Made by a program: the position numbers and the translations under genes
DNA from: a virus
Taxonomy: Duplodnaviria; Caudoviricetes
Length of the DNA stretch: 53,700 bases
Strand: one strand, 5' to 3'
IMG/VR virus record: IMGVR_UViG_3300023178_000062
Location: 1-53,700 of that record
The notes under the pieces: generated by a model
Database searches by the model: none
What the model saw: the letters and a program-made list of their open reading frames with translations, nothing else
What the model was told of the DNA's origin: nothing
Shown here: piece by piece, positions 28,901-38,642 of the stretch
How positions within the stretch are numbered: the stretch's first letter is position 1
How the letters are laid out: the number at the start of each line of letters is the position of its first letter

Positions 28901-31720
28901 CTACTCACTATGTTAGATGGTAATATCTATGAGGAGTATGACCCAGAAACTGACACAGTATCCAACAATGATAAAACCATTATCTATGGTAAGCAGCGTC
29001 TAATTGGTCTTGAAGATATTGACCCTGTTGATGGTATTGCTAATGAAGTTAATCACCTCAAGCAAGATGGTTCTGACCTTATCGAGAAGAACAGACTATT
29101 CATCCAAAGAGAATGTGCTGGATTTATTCTAGCAGAATCTCAAACTGGTGAGCAGTTTGCTGGATTCAATAATCCAGATGCCGATAGATGTTCAAGAGAC
29201 GTTGGACACTTAGTAAATGCTATTGTAAAAGATTTGAGATTGAGTGGAAATAGCACTGTCATTAACAACGGACAGTATTATTTCTCTGCTGGTACTCAAC
29301 AGTTCATTGAAACTGAACTAGCACAAACCAGAGCAACATTTGAATATGCTAAGAATCTTGCAGTTGCTTCGATAAGAAACTGGTCATTCTACGAATTAGC
29401 AACAGCGGTAACACCTAGCACTGGTGCTGGTGGAGACGTATTAACTCTAGAATCTGTAGATGGTATCGTTGAGGGTATGGAAGTATATGAAGCAACTGGT
29501 ATTGCTGCTCTTCCATCTAATGAAACTGAATATAACACTGCCCAAGCGGCAACTACATTTATTGGATATACAGGACGTGTTGATAGGTCAGCAAATACCG
29601 TTCAGGTATTTGATATTAAAAATAGATCCGGTAGATTTGGTACAGGTTCCCCATCCATTGCAAATCCAGTCTTTAGATTTGATATGGCACAAGGTATGGG
29701 TGATGGAGATTGGAGAACAGAATCTGATACTCCACCAGCAGAGCATCTTATTCAACCAGTAATTGACAACACTGTTATTGTAGATTATGACCACGCTACT
29801 GGAGAATGTCAGGATGTTGTTTCTGCTGTAAATGTACTTTACACCATTCATGATGAAATTCTACAAGCAACACCCGCTGATGTCTCAGCTGTTGCTGCAA
29901 CAGCAACATTTACATCAACTTCATTGTCTGATGGAGAAACAATTAGAATCTTTGGCGCTCAAAATCCAGCGTTTAATGGAGAAGATATTGTAGTTACCGA
30001 TGAGGGTGCAAACGTATTCAGTTATGATCTTGCGGTAACTTTCTCAGGAACAGTAAACGATAAAATTCTTTACTATCCTTCCTCCGTCAACTTTACTGAA
30101 CCTACCAAAGCATCTTATGATACTGAAGAAGTAACCCTAGAGGGTCTTGGATATAATCAAAATATTAACTACCTATATCCAGAGGCAGACTTAGATAATC
30201 CCAAGTGGAATCCAAAAGCATCTGTTTCTCAATATAGAAAAGATGTTGGTAACACCATCATTAGAGATAATACATTACAAGCGGACGAGTATCAAAGAGT
30301 CAGTCAATATTCTATTACTTCAGAGTCAACTAAAAAAATTCTGAATAGTATTTTGACTGGTGGAGCAAATCCAACAACAGGATATAATATAAGATCTTAT
30401 TCAGAGATTGACTTAGATACCGAATTTGAACTATCTTCCTTTGGAGAGACAGAGGTTACGGATACTATTATGGAAAATCCATATGGATTTGAAGATAGTA
30501 GAAATGAGTACGGTGTTCCTAAGTCCGCAGTCCTAGAGTTTACAGCACAAAATGTTCCTATCTTTACTGACAGATGTATCATTTTTAATAAGGCAGTTCC
30601 TGTCTCGTTCTACAGACCATCTATTATCCGTGCTTCATCTCATACTTGGGAATATGTGGGATTTGGTCCAGGTAACTACTCAACTGGTTTACCACAGTTC
30701 CAAGACATTACACTAACTCAGCAAGAAATTGTTAACTCTCAAACTATTGAGCGTGGTGGTGGATTTGTTGCATCTTCTGGTACTAACTCCACAGGTGATT
30801 TCTATATTGGCAACCAAGTTATTGATGCTAAAGGAAACCAAAGCAACACACTTAATTTCCCAAGACTCAAGACATCTGCTGAAAATAGACTAATTGATTA
30901 TACTAATCTTGATTCTCTTGCCGCCAATAGTTCTACTGCTTCATTCAACCCATCAACATTCTCTGCAGTTCTAACAAATGATCTGCAAGCGATTCAGGAA
31001 GCACAGAGAAACTCTTTCAAGGCATCCAACATTGAGTCTTCAATTCTTACTGCTGGCACAATTAAGATTAATAACAAGATTAGCATTTCAAATAATGTAT
31101 TTGAAAATGAAGAGAACTTCCCAGTTGCAAGGCAAGACACTTATGGTTTCTCCAAACGTGCTCCAATCAACTGGTTCAATAATGATCCAGCAAGTGAAGC
31201 ATATCAAGCACTAGATGATTCATTTATATCCCCAACAGACTTGTCTGATTGGGCGAATGTCAACTCCTTAATTCCATCTATTCCTGTTGCATGGAACACA
31301 GTTTATAAGACAGTAACTTTTAATGAAGTTTCTAATGTTGGTGATGTCGATATTAATGATACTTTAACAAAATCTGTTAACTTCAATGTATCTGGTATTG
31401 ACCCTATTGATGAGAGATGGTATGACGCCGTTACTGATACTATTTCCATTCCTCTTGGTACACCAGTTGACACAGTTAACAACACTACCTTAGCTACATA
31501 TGATGGTAGGGCGGGACAAATTTATATTAGTTTCTCCTCCACAGTTAAAGCAGCATCTATCATTCCAACAAACATTTGGAAACCTCTAGAAAATACATGG
31601 ACTGGCGTTAGCCCCGTTGATGGTTCACCAACCACATTTATTCAAGGAGATAGATTTGTAATTAGTTATTACATAGCAGCGGGTCAGATTATTTACTCAG
31701 TCAGTACACTAGACGCATAA
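22964..31720 (+). CDS. Giant tail fibre/spike-like virion protein (2918 aa) with beta-helix-like segment and helical inserts
   Basis: N-terminal FTFEQQRQEIN anchor; YVS...NDG...RPFKSIERAL, VPRGTSIVGLDLRKT, SPYVFNISLRSVWGLCG, SITNSNSNFG and RPSIIRASSHTWEYVGFGPGNYSTGLP motifs of cyanophage structural proteins. Confidence 0.75.
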   Translation: MAKREVKRSFTFEQQRQEINLLADDTGDKDLLTTTDKNSLVDSINEVVTVPEDEIFVDQIATSSSEQRMVFVDEATRIAAADYETIGSKPSGTLPGYNPDFGRLAYDAVSDTDATRFTYNSSTDLLRVPNVKADIRNRNNEGISDSPGQEILDINVNVDGHSPSETARLTGRLRTQATNSPIEIQKSLLKLEQRARAEISNGSAIDLFTGQDVGAYINVTNNKKILYVSADDENATDIPSNDGSNINRPFKSIERALIEAAKRSYVAPGVGSEEGETGADLFENFTILLFPGEYIIDNSPGVDANGDAFTAADIEEEIKSRQGEVYNSTTSFANELKKFNPVEGGLIVPRGTSIVGLDLRKTLIRPKYVPDPADDAVSSSAMFRLTGACYIWQFTIKDTPNAFGSHHKLTAFEYANYHQLENYYKKIDKYSRNDETTNPPAGRFKDAENILLDNKRFIAQLAVAYVERNNATLSANIDILTDGLDPNFPGGVVNLDGSVADPTQTVGESCVDDTVLLIERIAYNLAHGGNNRVVEAAQFYRDNNVLLGEEAEAVEVFQAANEICQYIVNNYDVLEDKNNVITRDFAPGGVSVLDTTLLNVDTTFSSQIFDFNLLPDLSAQTAGYEIDDPTDPAGCANVRSAINTFWDIIIQAVDVDADPGSPIGPTGEEDYNQRIEENRIVGFVQNKYLSDTVASASPYVFNISLRSVWGLCGLLSDGAQSTGLRSMVLAQYTGISLQRDDRAFILNGTTTSQVEDPDERHSNSIAEYRKDWRHFHIKSRNNSFLQIVSVFAVGQADHFTVETGGDHSITNSNSNFGNQSLIAVSHRTEIFKQDNGAFIVGLVPPRGLDPTRESRVNIYNIDFGSTLARWNAGDINSNTEGFRKIYVKVDGESLIKEGDIPEYYSIRPGTTQEQAELLVDDVNYLLGKRQYSDGDPEAIYARLPKNFDESQLETFAARLRDNTTFAGTPDQYDPADVYSEGKISTEATLLTGGSIAAASLETSVKSFYAIQSTSTLNFGDVGFGTNEIITGTDISNAFPTSPTNAVHFGFPSGGGVAAATTRYKLMVGTNTGDFRFEIAEASIKTVACEGTSVPVADTDSDLENILYQAVSGVPQAGQVQYTYNQVVYGGSAAIDALRATGQGARFDVYRTKNENRYVVKLDARGISYNIGDTFTIDGADLGGISSTDPAGHVLTLDNATLSGGTGYTVGTNIATTGGTGTNLTVDIISVDSNGAITELRVNNGGSGYNAAGGESVSISGGTIAATIETEIVELDPTLNNNDLIIHVVANDNSGNGIGRNNDYPVLFSNSSASAETLSVRMFIRDVTLPANISYETNDLYTFNSINDIDYTIPSGGFDSEYIFSLVQTTGPNPWQNFGVVAPTDPTVGSTTIVKNRLLGGSGFSATSGFNTIKFPGSLLGGVDGTNDFTVTINTIGGATIPTLNFNADNSIKRKYYGWEFARTINGEYYGRLAILVDDERRGGTVTIEGIPGEFDYTNTGTKFNGYTSSTNVNATATTQAGLQLSRTITGIVNNTPGASTFTITVSNPVDKPAHPFFVGDEVYFDETNNSDGSSLSGPYVVRERTNDTEFVIGVSNAANLPTANWITGGDVYKFSESKTIPVQATVGNIVINQGEITAIYPNDWVIGAPGPQDYTSGWTSSGSKLSYDDVFILDTGSDTPFLPETTITFTITTGVLITRAGLTYSSAGIKEEGYLTGSALGVDYKPFDETRTLEQNQVTYDPEFSTTNENLSLLRRITQRVDTNPVSGALEQSDNFEFNDNVISSLYVNRIQDSRAANGNNELLWRLICKVPKDGYNNIKLRAPEGKFIIHLKDPGIGFGDETLDYPFVYDSAQTGIIRKFSVETVGTDEVAASPSTQEFKKSLKRGGNGTYTDYAELDIGSGVGGETLVPSDATFTVASGEVSLVNPGTNYNKGDKLTLPGGTVIIVTEAVTTYPKSFFVRQVEPIVEYEYNVRDGYYLLTMLDGNIYEEYDPETDTVSNNDKTIIYGKQRLIGLEDIDPVDGIANEVNHLKQDGSDLIEKNRLFIQRECAGFILAESQTGEQFAGFNNPDADRCSRDVGHLVNAIVKDLRLSGNSTVINNGQYYFSAGTQQFIETELAQTRATFEYAKNLAVASIRNWSFYELATAVTPSTGAGGDVLTLESVDGIVEGMEVYEATGIAALPSNETEYNTAQAATTFIGYTGRVDRSANTVQVFDIKNRSGRFGTGSPSIANPVFRFDMAQGMGDGDWRTESDTPPAEHLIQPVIDNTVIVDYDHATGECQDVVSAVNVLYTIHDEILQATPADVSAVAATATFTSTSLSDGETIRIFGAQNPAFNGEDIVVTDEGANVFSYDLAVTFSGTVNDKILYYPSSVNFTEPTKASYDTEEVTLEGLGYNQNINYLYPEADLDNPKWNPKASVSQYRKDVGNTIIRDNTLQADEYQRVSQYSITSESTKKILNSILTGGANPTTGYNIRSYSEIDLDTEFELSSFGETEVTDTIMENPYGFEDSRNEYGVPKSAVLEFTAQNVPIFTDRCIIFNKAVPVSFYRPSIIRASSHTWEYVGFGPGNYSTGLPQFQDITLTQQEIVNSQTIERGGGFVASSGTNSTGDFYIGNQVIDAKGNQSNTLNFPRLKTSAENRLIDYTNLDSLAANSSTASFNPSTFSAVLTNDLQAIQEAQRNSFKASNIESSILTAGTIKINNKISISNNVFENEENFPVARQDTYGFSKRAPINWFNNDPASEAYQALDDSFISPTDLSDWANVNSLIPSIPVAWNTVYKTVTFNEVSNVGDVDINDTLTKSVNFNVSGIDPIDERWYDAVTDTISIPLGTPVDTVNNTTLATYDGRAGQIYISFSSTVKAASIIPTNIWKPLENTWTGVSPVDGSPTTFIQGDRFVISYYIAAGQIIYSVSTLDA

Positions 31721-31726
31721 TATACA

Positions 31727-34700
31727 ATGGCAGTACCAGTTAATTTTTTACGCAATAAGAACCCCAATTTTAATCTTAGGGGTGCTTTAAAAGTTAATGC
31801 AATTTTTGCTACAGATGATGCTGTCGGAACTGAACCGTTTCAAGGATACTTAGCGGATAATACAGTTGTTACTAGTTTTAATGATGCTCTAATTGAAAAC
31901 AATATTGGCGTAGTAGACACTGATGGTTTCAATATTGTCCAATCAAATAGGTTTGCTTTCACTACTATGAGTGAGGGTCAACGTATTGTTAGGCAAAATT
32001 TTGTTAGGGTCACATTTTCATCTCCTATTGATCCCACCAACGGCACTTTTAATAGTGGAGATTTGATTGAATTCGAATCTAACTTAGAACCATTTGGTTC
32101 TTTGCAACCACCATCAAGCGGAAAACAATATAGAATATACAGTGTTGTAAGAGAAAAAGATATCCAAATTGATGCTGTTAACAGTATTACAGATAATTTG
32201 AATGGTACATGGACTGTTGTATTAGATACTGACTTTAGAGAAGACCTCCAAGAATATTCACCACAGACCAGTACAGGTAATAATTTTAACGAAGGTGATA
32301 AAGTTGTAATTTTTGGTAATGCCCTTAATTCAGGCGGTGCAACATCTTTAAACGGAACATATAGTTTAGATGCGGTAACATCAACTTCAATTACATATAC
32401 AACAACTTCAGATCCACTAAACGGTAGTAGTGTTTCTTATACAGGAAAATTATATAAAATTACTAACGAATTAATTTTAATTGAAACACTTCGTGGTGTT
32501 GCTTCTCCAGTTTCATACAATTCCGGAACATCTGTTGTTAATGTTACTGGAGTTTTATCCGGATCTATTCGTTCTGGGCAAGAAGTTACTGGAACTGGAG
32601 TCCCTGCAGGAACTATTGTCATATCATACAATAGCGTCACAGGTGATGTAAATGTTTCTAATAATTTTACAACTACTGTTGGTGGGGGAACACTGACATT
32701 TGAATTACTAGATTCACAAACAGATGTTGTTGTTCCAGTTGGTGCAGTTGCTGCTCCAAGTTCTGCTCAGATGTTTATTGATGCTGGAGTGGTAACAGAA
32801 TCAATTACAGTTAAGACTCCAATTAATTATTATGTGTATGGTGATACCAGATTAAAATATTTTTGGTCTTCATATACACAAGATGGAACATTTAACGGTT
32901 GGACACAGAATGTAAATCCCGATGGATTCCAAACATTATACGAAGGTGGTACAGTAGGATCAGGAACTACCTTACAATTAATTGGTTCGGACCCAGCATT
33001 TGCTACTGAAGATACTTTCAATAACTTAATTAAAACTCTTGGATTTAATAGATCAACCGGACTTGCTGGAGACTATAGTCCTGTTGGTAGGTCAGCACTC
33101 CTTTATATTTCAGCAACTGATTCTCAAGGGGACACTGGTGGCGGTGGTGGACCAAAGAGGGGAACATCTACACCAGCATATACGGTTAGTGAAACCATAG
33201 ATTATTTAAATCAAGCTGGTGGATATTGGATTGGTGTTATTGGTGGTTCATTATCAAACGGTTGTCAGAATGAAATTCAAACATTTAGACAAGATACTAC
33301 TGATGGAATTTCAGGAGATCCTAGAGGATTTATTCCCATCAAAGGTGAAGTTACCAGTGTAAGAGTTGGAGTTCCAGTAGAAAATATTTTTTATGAAACT
33401 GTTGGTCAGACAATTAATACGGTTGTAGTTCCATCGGGTAGTGTTGTTGTACAAACATACTACGACCATGCTCTCGGTTCTCCAAATGATGCGTTAAGAA
33501 TTAGATTTAAAAATAATACAAATGCTCCATTTGATGTTAATGGTCTTAGAGATGTTGTAGTAATTAGTGATAATCAATTTTATTTTCCATTCCCTGATGA
33601 TGTTGGAACTTTATCTAACGTTACTGATTATGACGAATGTGGTTATATTTTAAACATTACTACTTTACTCACAGTACCTGTAGGATTTTATAGAAAATCA
33701 ACATTTGAATACGTTGATTCAACAACATTAAATGATAGTAGAAGTGTTGTCGCTACTGGAGATGGATTTACTTTATCCCAACCACCCGGTCTTGGATTTG
33801 ATAGGAAAGAAATATTAGTTACTATTGGAGTTACTGAGAGCACAGGAACTTTACAATTTTTCTCGATGTATCCTGTTGGCGATTTCTTCTCTCTATTGCC
33901 AGAAGGATCCAACATTCCATATTTTGCTTATCCTTTAGTTGGATTAGATGATATTAAATTTAGAATAAAAACTACTAACGTTGGTAGTAATGAATTTATT
34001 ACTGTTAGAGATGCAGAGACTACTCCCAATGATTTACTAGATCCTGGGACAACAGAAGTAACTCCAAGAACAGAATTTCCAATTGTTTTATATCCAATTG
34101 AATATACTGCAAATGTTATTGCAACAAATAGTTCAACTGAAATTGTTGTTGATACTTTAGAAATTTTTGAAGGGAATGGTGCTGATGGTAGAGATTTTAC
34201 TCTATTAACAAATGGTGGTTCTACTTATGATGATGGTACTGGCGAAGACACTTTCTCTGCCAGTAATGTTACAACCACAAACACCAGTGGAACTGGAACT
34301 GGTTTGAAATTTAGTATTCAAGTTGTAGCGGGAGTCATTACCAATGCAACAATCGTTGATAGAGGAAGTGGATATCAACCAGGAGATACTGGAACCATTG
34401 ACGCTGCTCCAGGTGGTACTGTGGGTGTAGGGAATGAGGCGACGTTCTTAATAAAATCAATTGACGATTCAACTTACGCAGGTTTGAATTGGACTCTTGA
34501 AATTATAACCACACCATCTTCAGATAACTTCTTCACACTTGGAGACAACTGGACAAATCCATCTATTTTGTCATCTAAGACTCAGGTAGAAGTAAATACT
34601 ATCACTGAGACTGGAGGACAATATACACTTACTTTATCTAAACCTTTAGTTGGTGCCATAACCGGTTCTGAAGTTGCATTCTGTTTCCCCAATGACTTCA

Positions 34701-37700
34701 GAAGATTAAATGTTTTCGTAAAACCTTCCAATAATTTTAAAGACATCAATGCTGAAGCTGCTATTGGTGCTGGATTAGTTCCAGCAACTTCTGATGCTTC
34801 AATTACATTTTCTGGTTATGGATATGGTAAAGGTGATATTTTAACTCCAGTAGAAGTTTTCAACTTACCGGCAAGTATCAGCACTGCTGTTTGGACTAGA
34901 GATACAGAAATTTCCCAGGAAGGGTTTTTAGTTACTGGTCAGTCAGTTGGTACGGGAGGACCATTTAATATTATTAATGTAGATGGAAATTTTGAGGGAG
35001 AGGATGCGTCATTTGAAATTACACCAACTCCAATCGGTTTGTATAATGTTGTACTTACAGATCCCGGTTCAAATTTCCAAGTAACTGAATCCATAGTAAT
35101 TGGAGGATACTTGTTAGGAGGTTCCAGGATTCCTACGTTTGCTTTGACATCAGACAGAGTTATATCAGCAACCTTGACTGACCCAGGAACAGGATATACT
35201 CCATCATCATCTTTGACTGACGTAGCGACTACTCCAGATTTATTTAACAATAACGGAGATGGTACATTATCTTTTAATTTTACTACAGATGCAAGTGGAA
35301 TTATTAATAGTGGCCTTACAGTTAATAACGGTGGTAGTTCATATGAAGTTGGCGACACCGGAACAATTGATGGTGGAACTGCTACATATGAAATTACTGC
35401 TATTGACCCAGTTGCTAATACCGGTGCTGGATATACTCCAGATTCAGTATTTACAAATCAATCCACAACAGTTCTTACCGGAAGTGGAGATGGTACACTA
35501 ACGTTTGACTTCGAAACTACTCCTGGTGGTTCTATTGATATCAATACTTTATCAATCAACACTCCCGGAGATGGTTATGAAATTGGAGACCTTGGGGAAA
35601 TTACCGGGGGAACTACAAATGCTATTTACGAAATTCAAAGAACAGAAAACGATTGTGTTATCAAGATAACTGAAATTATTGACAACTCTAATGTATTGGT
35701 AGAAACTGTAGATCCACATGGATTTGTACCAGCGTTAGGTAGAACTACAGTTGATATTTTGGTAGAAGGTGTAGTGGCAACTACATCTGCAGGTAGTTTT
35801 AATGGGAGAAAAGTTGCTGAAATTATAGATGGCAGTACATTAAAATTTGATCAAGCAGTTGATCCAGGAACATATATTAGTGGTGGTACAATCTTCAATG
35901 TATCACCAGATGTTGTTAACGATACTTTTGCTTCATTTAAAAATGAACTATTTTTAAATATTAATGTAACTCCAAATAATCCATCTTATCCAAAAATTGT
36001 TTTTATTGATTCAGTTTCATATGCATCACCAACTGTTACTGTAACTACCTCAACAGATCACAAATTTACTAGTGGCGAGAACGTACAAATTTCAGGAATG
36101 AATTTTACAAGAGTTGGTGGCGAAGAATTAAATGTGGGTAATGTTGAAATTACTGTTACTGCGTCAAATCAATTCACTTATGACCTAAGTCCATTCCCAT
36201 CAGGAAACTTAGGTAATCACATTCCCGGAACTGGACAAGCTACAAATCCATTTGCTAAAGTTCTTGGTGGAGTATACACAAAAGATTTCTTTAGAATTGT
36301 ATTTGTTAATACATCAAATGTTAATGTTCCTTTAGTTGATGATAATTTAGATCCAGTTCCAGGTGAATTTATTGAACCAGATAAAACTAGAGATTTTTTA
36401 GTTAGAGATATTAACTTTAAACAAATTTCTAATGACGGTAATGAAGTTACTGATGGACCTAAGCATGATTTTTATATCACCAACTCAAACCAATTAGCGA
36501 TTATTGCTAGGGGCAAAAATAATATAAATCCGGTTGTGTTTACAAATATAGATTATCTTCCAGAAACTTTAGAATTTGAAGTTACCACTAATGTAGATCA
36601 CGGACTGTGGCCAGGAAATTATTTTGATATGATATTTGATGGAAACAATCAAGTTGGTGGGGTTGGTTTAACCGCGACAAGAGAGCAAGAGTACATACCA
36701 GGAACTAATGAGTATAACGAAGTCAGTCTCAGATTAAGTAGCACAGTATTCAGATATAAAGTATATTCTGCTGGAAGAGATGAGACTAATTATAGTACCG
36801 CTCCAGGTGGAGATCCAAGAGATACCAGCGACATTACTGATGGTGGTGATGGACTAGGAAGACTAGAAAAATTTGTTGATGTTGGAACCGGTGATTTTGA
36901 CACATTTACAGATCTTGATGGAACTGTTGCTACTAATTTAATTAAATTTAGTGGTCTTAAGGGATTTCCTGGGGTTCAACCGGATGAAGCATATTATTTG
37001 GTAACAACTGATGATGAAAGAACTGGTGGGGAAGCTACTCAAATAAGATTACAAATTTCCAATCAACGCTCTGGTAGTCCAATCTCATTTACACTAAGCA
37101 TTGTTGGTGCTACTTATAATAGATCCACAGAAGAGGCAAGAATTGATGTGAGTGGTTTAACTCCACATGGACTTGTTGCTGGAGACACAATAAGAATTAA
37201 TGGCGTATCTTCTAATGACTATAATGGTATCCAAACTTTAGCATTCGTTGTTTCACCAACTAGTTTTACATATTCATTGCCTGCTATTTCTGGTATTGCT
37301 GATACAACAAATGATACTTTTACAAAAGATATTATTAGTGGTACTACAGATCACAACCAAGTATCCAAAGCAATTAATGGAAATAGCGGTACTAATATTA
37401 TAGAAATAAGAAATAGAAATAATCGCACAGGATTTGATGGGGACCTCATCGAAGGTATGTTAGTTGATCCCAGCAATAACCTTTCCGCAATACCAGTAGG
37501 AAGTTATATAACAGATACTACACTTTTAGCTAGTCAGGGACTTATAGAAATTAGTCAAAATCTTACTGGTAATATTGGTGGAGGAAACACTCAATGTTTA
37601 TTCCAAGCTGGTGTACCTATTACAGTTCCTGGTGGGCAACAAGAATATGGTGCTATTGCTTTAGCAAACACAGGAACTTTCCCAGGGGCAGATAATGTGG

Positions 37701-38635
37701 TTGCTGGACAAACTGTTAGTGGAACCGGAATAGGAACAAATGCTAAAGTTTTGAAAGTTGTCTCTTGGGATGATCCAAATAATCCAGGAATTAAAGCTTT
37801 TGCTGTGGTTGATAAAGTACATACACAAGCATTGAACTCAGCAAACACTTTTACATTTGAAGATAACCAAGCTGGAGGTAGAAGTGTTAGGGTAAGAGAT
37901 GTAACAGGAGGCATCCCTCAAGTAGGTGCTGAAATTGAAACTGATGGTGGTTCAGGAAATGTATTCTCTGCTGGAACACTGATTATCGATGTAACTCCAT
38001 ACAATATAGGAGGAGTAGATGGTTATGTGATTGGTGTAGATAGTGATTTACTTGTTCCATTTACGAATCAAACACTTAAAATATATCCAGATGAAAATCC
38101 TACTGTTAGTAGCGCAACAGTTAGTCCACTCACAACAGAATTTACTCCTGATGGTGTTAATCCGGCAACTCAACCAAGTGCAGAAGATTATATTTTAGAC
38201 CCAACTGCTATATCAGGTCAGTTGCAACTTACTGCTGATGTTGTTGGTTGGGACCATGTAAGTCTTGCTAGAGAAACTGGTGGTGCTATATTCTTCCAGT
38301 TAGGATTCCCATTACTTTGTAGTGGAACGGTAAATCAAAACACAATTACTATCGCTGGTGGGCAAGACTTTAGTGATTTAACTGCTCTAGTTGGTAGTTT
38401 AGGTGCTGATACAGTTGGTGTTTATGGTGAGGGTATTGCTCCTGGTGCTACCATTAACAATATAGCAGGAAGTGTAATTACTTTATCTACCGGATTTAAT
38501 AATGTCACCACTTTCACTAATGAGTATGTAGGGTTTGCTCGACCAAATAGTGTTTCTGTCTTCCCTAAATATACCAGTGAGTTCGGTAGAATTCTAGGCA
38601 AAACATTTGCTGAATGGTTATTTAAAATTGCTTGA
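31727..38635 (+). CDS. Giant Gly/Thr-rich tail fibre-like protein (2302 aa)
   Basis: Repeated beta modules (T-x-x-x-H-x-[FL]-x-x-G-[DE]-x-V-x-I-x-G; G-x-G-Y-x-x-G-D; G-x-G-[IV]-x-x-G-T-x-I); located in the tail module. Confidence 0.7.
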   Translation: MAVPVNFLRNKNPNFNLRGALKVNAIFATDDAVGTEPFQGYLADNTVVTSFNDALIENNIGVVDTDGFNIVQSNRFAFTTMSEGQRIVRQNFVRVTFSSPIDPTNGTFNSGDLIEFESNLEPFGSLQPPSSGKQYRIYSVVREKDIQIDAVNSITDNLNGTWTVVLDTDFREDLQEYSPQTSTGNNFNEGDKVVIFGNALNSGGATSLNGTYSLDAVTSTSITYTTTSDPLNGSSVSYTGKLYKITNELILIETLRGVASPVSYNSGTSVVNVTGVLSGSIRSGQEVTGTGVPAGTIVISYNSVTGDVNVSNNFTTTVGGGTLTFELLDSQTDVVVPVGAVAAPSSAQMFIDAGVVTESITVKTPINYYVYGDTRLKYFWSSYTQDGTFNGWTQNVNPDGFQTLYEGGTVGSGTTLQLIGSDPAFATEDTFNNLIKTLGFNRSTGLAGDYSPVGRSALLYISATDSQGDTGGGGGPKRGTSTPAYTVSETIDYLNQAGGYWIGVIGGSLSNGCQNEIQTFRQDTTDGISGDPRGFIPIKGEVTSVRVGVPVENIFYETVGQTINTVVVPSGSVVVQTYYDHALGSPNDALRIRFKNNTNAPFDVNGLRDVVVISDNQFYFPFPDDVGTLSNVTDYDECGYILNITTLLTVPVGFYRKSTFEYVDSTTLNDSRSVVATGDGFTLSQPPGLGFDRKEILVTIGVTESTGTLQFFSMYPVGDFFSLLPEGSNIPYFAYPLVGLDDIKFRIKTTNVGSNEFITVRDAETTPNDLLDPGTTEVTPRTEFPIVLYPIEYTANVIATNSSTEIVVDTLEIFEGNGADGRDFTLLTNGGSTYDDGTGEDTFSASNVTTTNTSGTGTGLKFSIQVVAGVITNATIVDRGSGYQPGDTGTIDAAPGGTVGVGNEATFLIKSIDDSTYAGLNWTLEIITTPSSDNFFTLGDNWTNPSILSSKTQVEVNTITETGGQYTLTLSKPLVGAITGSEVAFCFPNDFRRLNVFVKPSNNFKDINAEAAIGAGLVPATSDASITFSGYGYGKGDILTPVEVFNLPASISTAVWTRDTEISQEGFLVTGQSVGTGGPFNIINVDGNFEGEDASFEITPTPIGLYNVVLTDPGSNFQVTESIVIGGYLLGGSRIPTFALTSDRVISATLTDPGTGYTPSSSLTDVATTPDLFNNNGDGTLSFNFTTDASGIINSGLTVNNGGSSYEVGDTGTIDGGTATYEITAIDPVANTGAGYTPDSVFTNQSTTVLTGSGDGTLTFDFETTPGGSIDINTLSINTPGDGYEIGDLGEITGGTTNAIYEIQRTENDCVIKITEIIDNSNVLVETVDPHGFVPALGRTTVDILVEGVVATTSAGSFNGRKVAEIIDGSTLKFDQAVDPGTYISGGTIFNVSPDVVNDTFASFKNELFLNINVTPNNPSYPKIVFIDSVSYASPTVTVTTSTDHKFTSGENVQISGMNFTRVGGEELNVGNVEITVTASNQFTYDLSPFPSGNLGNHIPGTGQATNPFAKVLGGVYTKDFFRIVFVNTSNVNVPLVDDNLDPVPGEFIEPDKTRDFLVRDINFKQISNDGNEVTDGPKHDFYITNSNQLAIIARGKNNINPVVFTNIDYLPETLEFEVTTNVDHGLWPGNYFDMIFDGNNQVGGVGLTATREQEYIPGTNEYNEVSLRLSSTVFRYKVYSAGRDETNYSTAPGGDPRDTSDITDGGDGLGRLEKFVDVGTGDFDTFTDLDGTVATNLIKFSGLKGFPGVQPDEAYYLVTTDDERTGGEATQIRLQISNQRSGSPISFTLSIVGATYNRSTEEARIDVSGLTPHGLVAGDTIRINGVSSNDYNGIQTLAFVVSPTSFTYSLPAISGIADTTNDTFTKDIISGTTDHNQVSKAINGNSGTNIIEIRNRNNRTGFDGDLIEGMLVDPSNNLSAIPVGSYITDTTLLASQGLIEISQNLTGNIGGGNTQCLFQAGVPITVPGGQQEYGAIALANTGTFPGADNVVAGQTVSGTGIGTNAKVLKVVSWDDPNNPGIKAFAVVDKVHTQALNSANTFTFEDNQAGGRSVRVRDVTGGIPQVGAEIETDGGSGNVFSAGTLIIDVTPYNIGGVDGYVIGVDSDLLVPFTNQTLKIYPDENPTVSSATVSPLTTEFTPDGVNPATQPSAEDYILDPTAISGQLQLTADVVGWDHVSLARETGGAIFFQLGFPLLCSGTVNQNTITIAGGQDFSDLTALVGSLGADTVGVYGEGIAPGATINNIAGSVITLSTGFNNVTTFTNEYVGFARPNSVSVFPKYTSEFGRILGKTFAEWLFKIA
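38564..38571 (+). promoter_or_regulatory. Possible intragenic late promoter
   Basis: CCTAAATA about 70 nt upstream of the ATG at 38643. Confidence 0.35.
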
Positions 38636-38642
38636 TAAAACT

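Noticed and set aside
38607-38642. Longer starts given by the ORF track at 38607 (and similarly 45202)
   Set aside because: They overlap upstream genes; the ATGs at 38643 and 45220 fit gene packing and RBS/coupling better.
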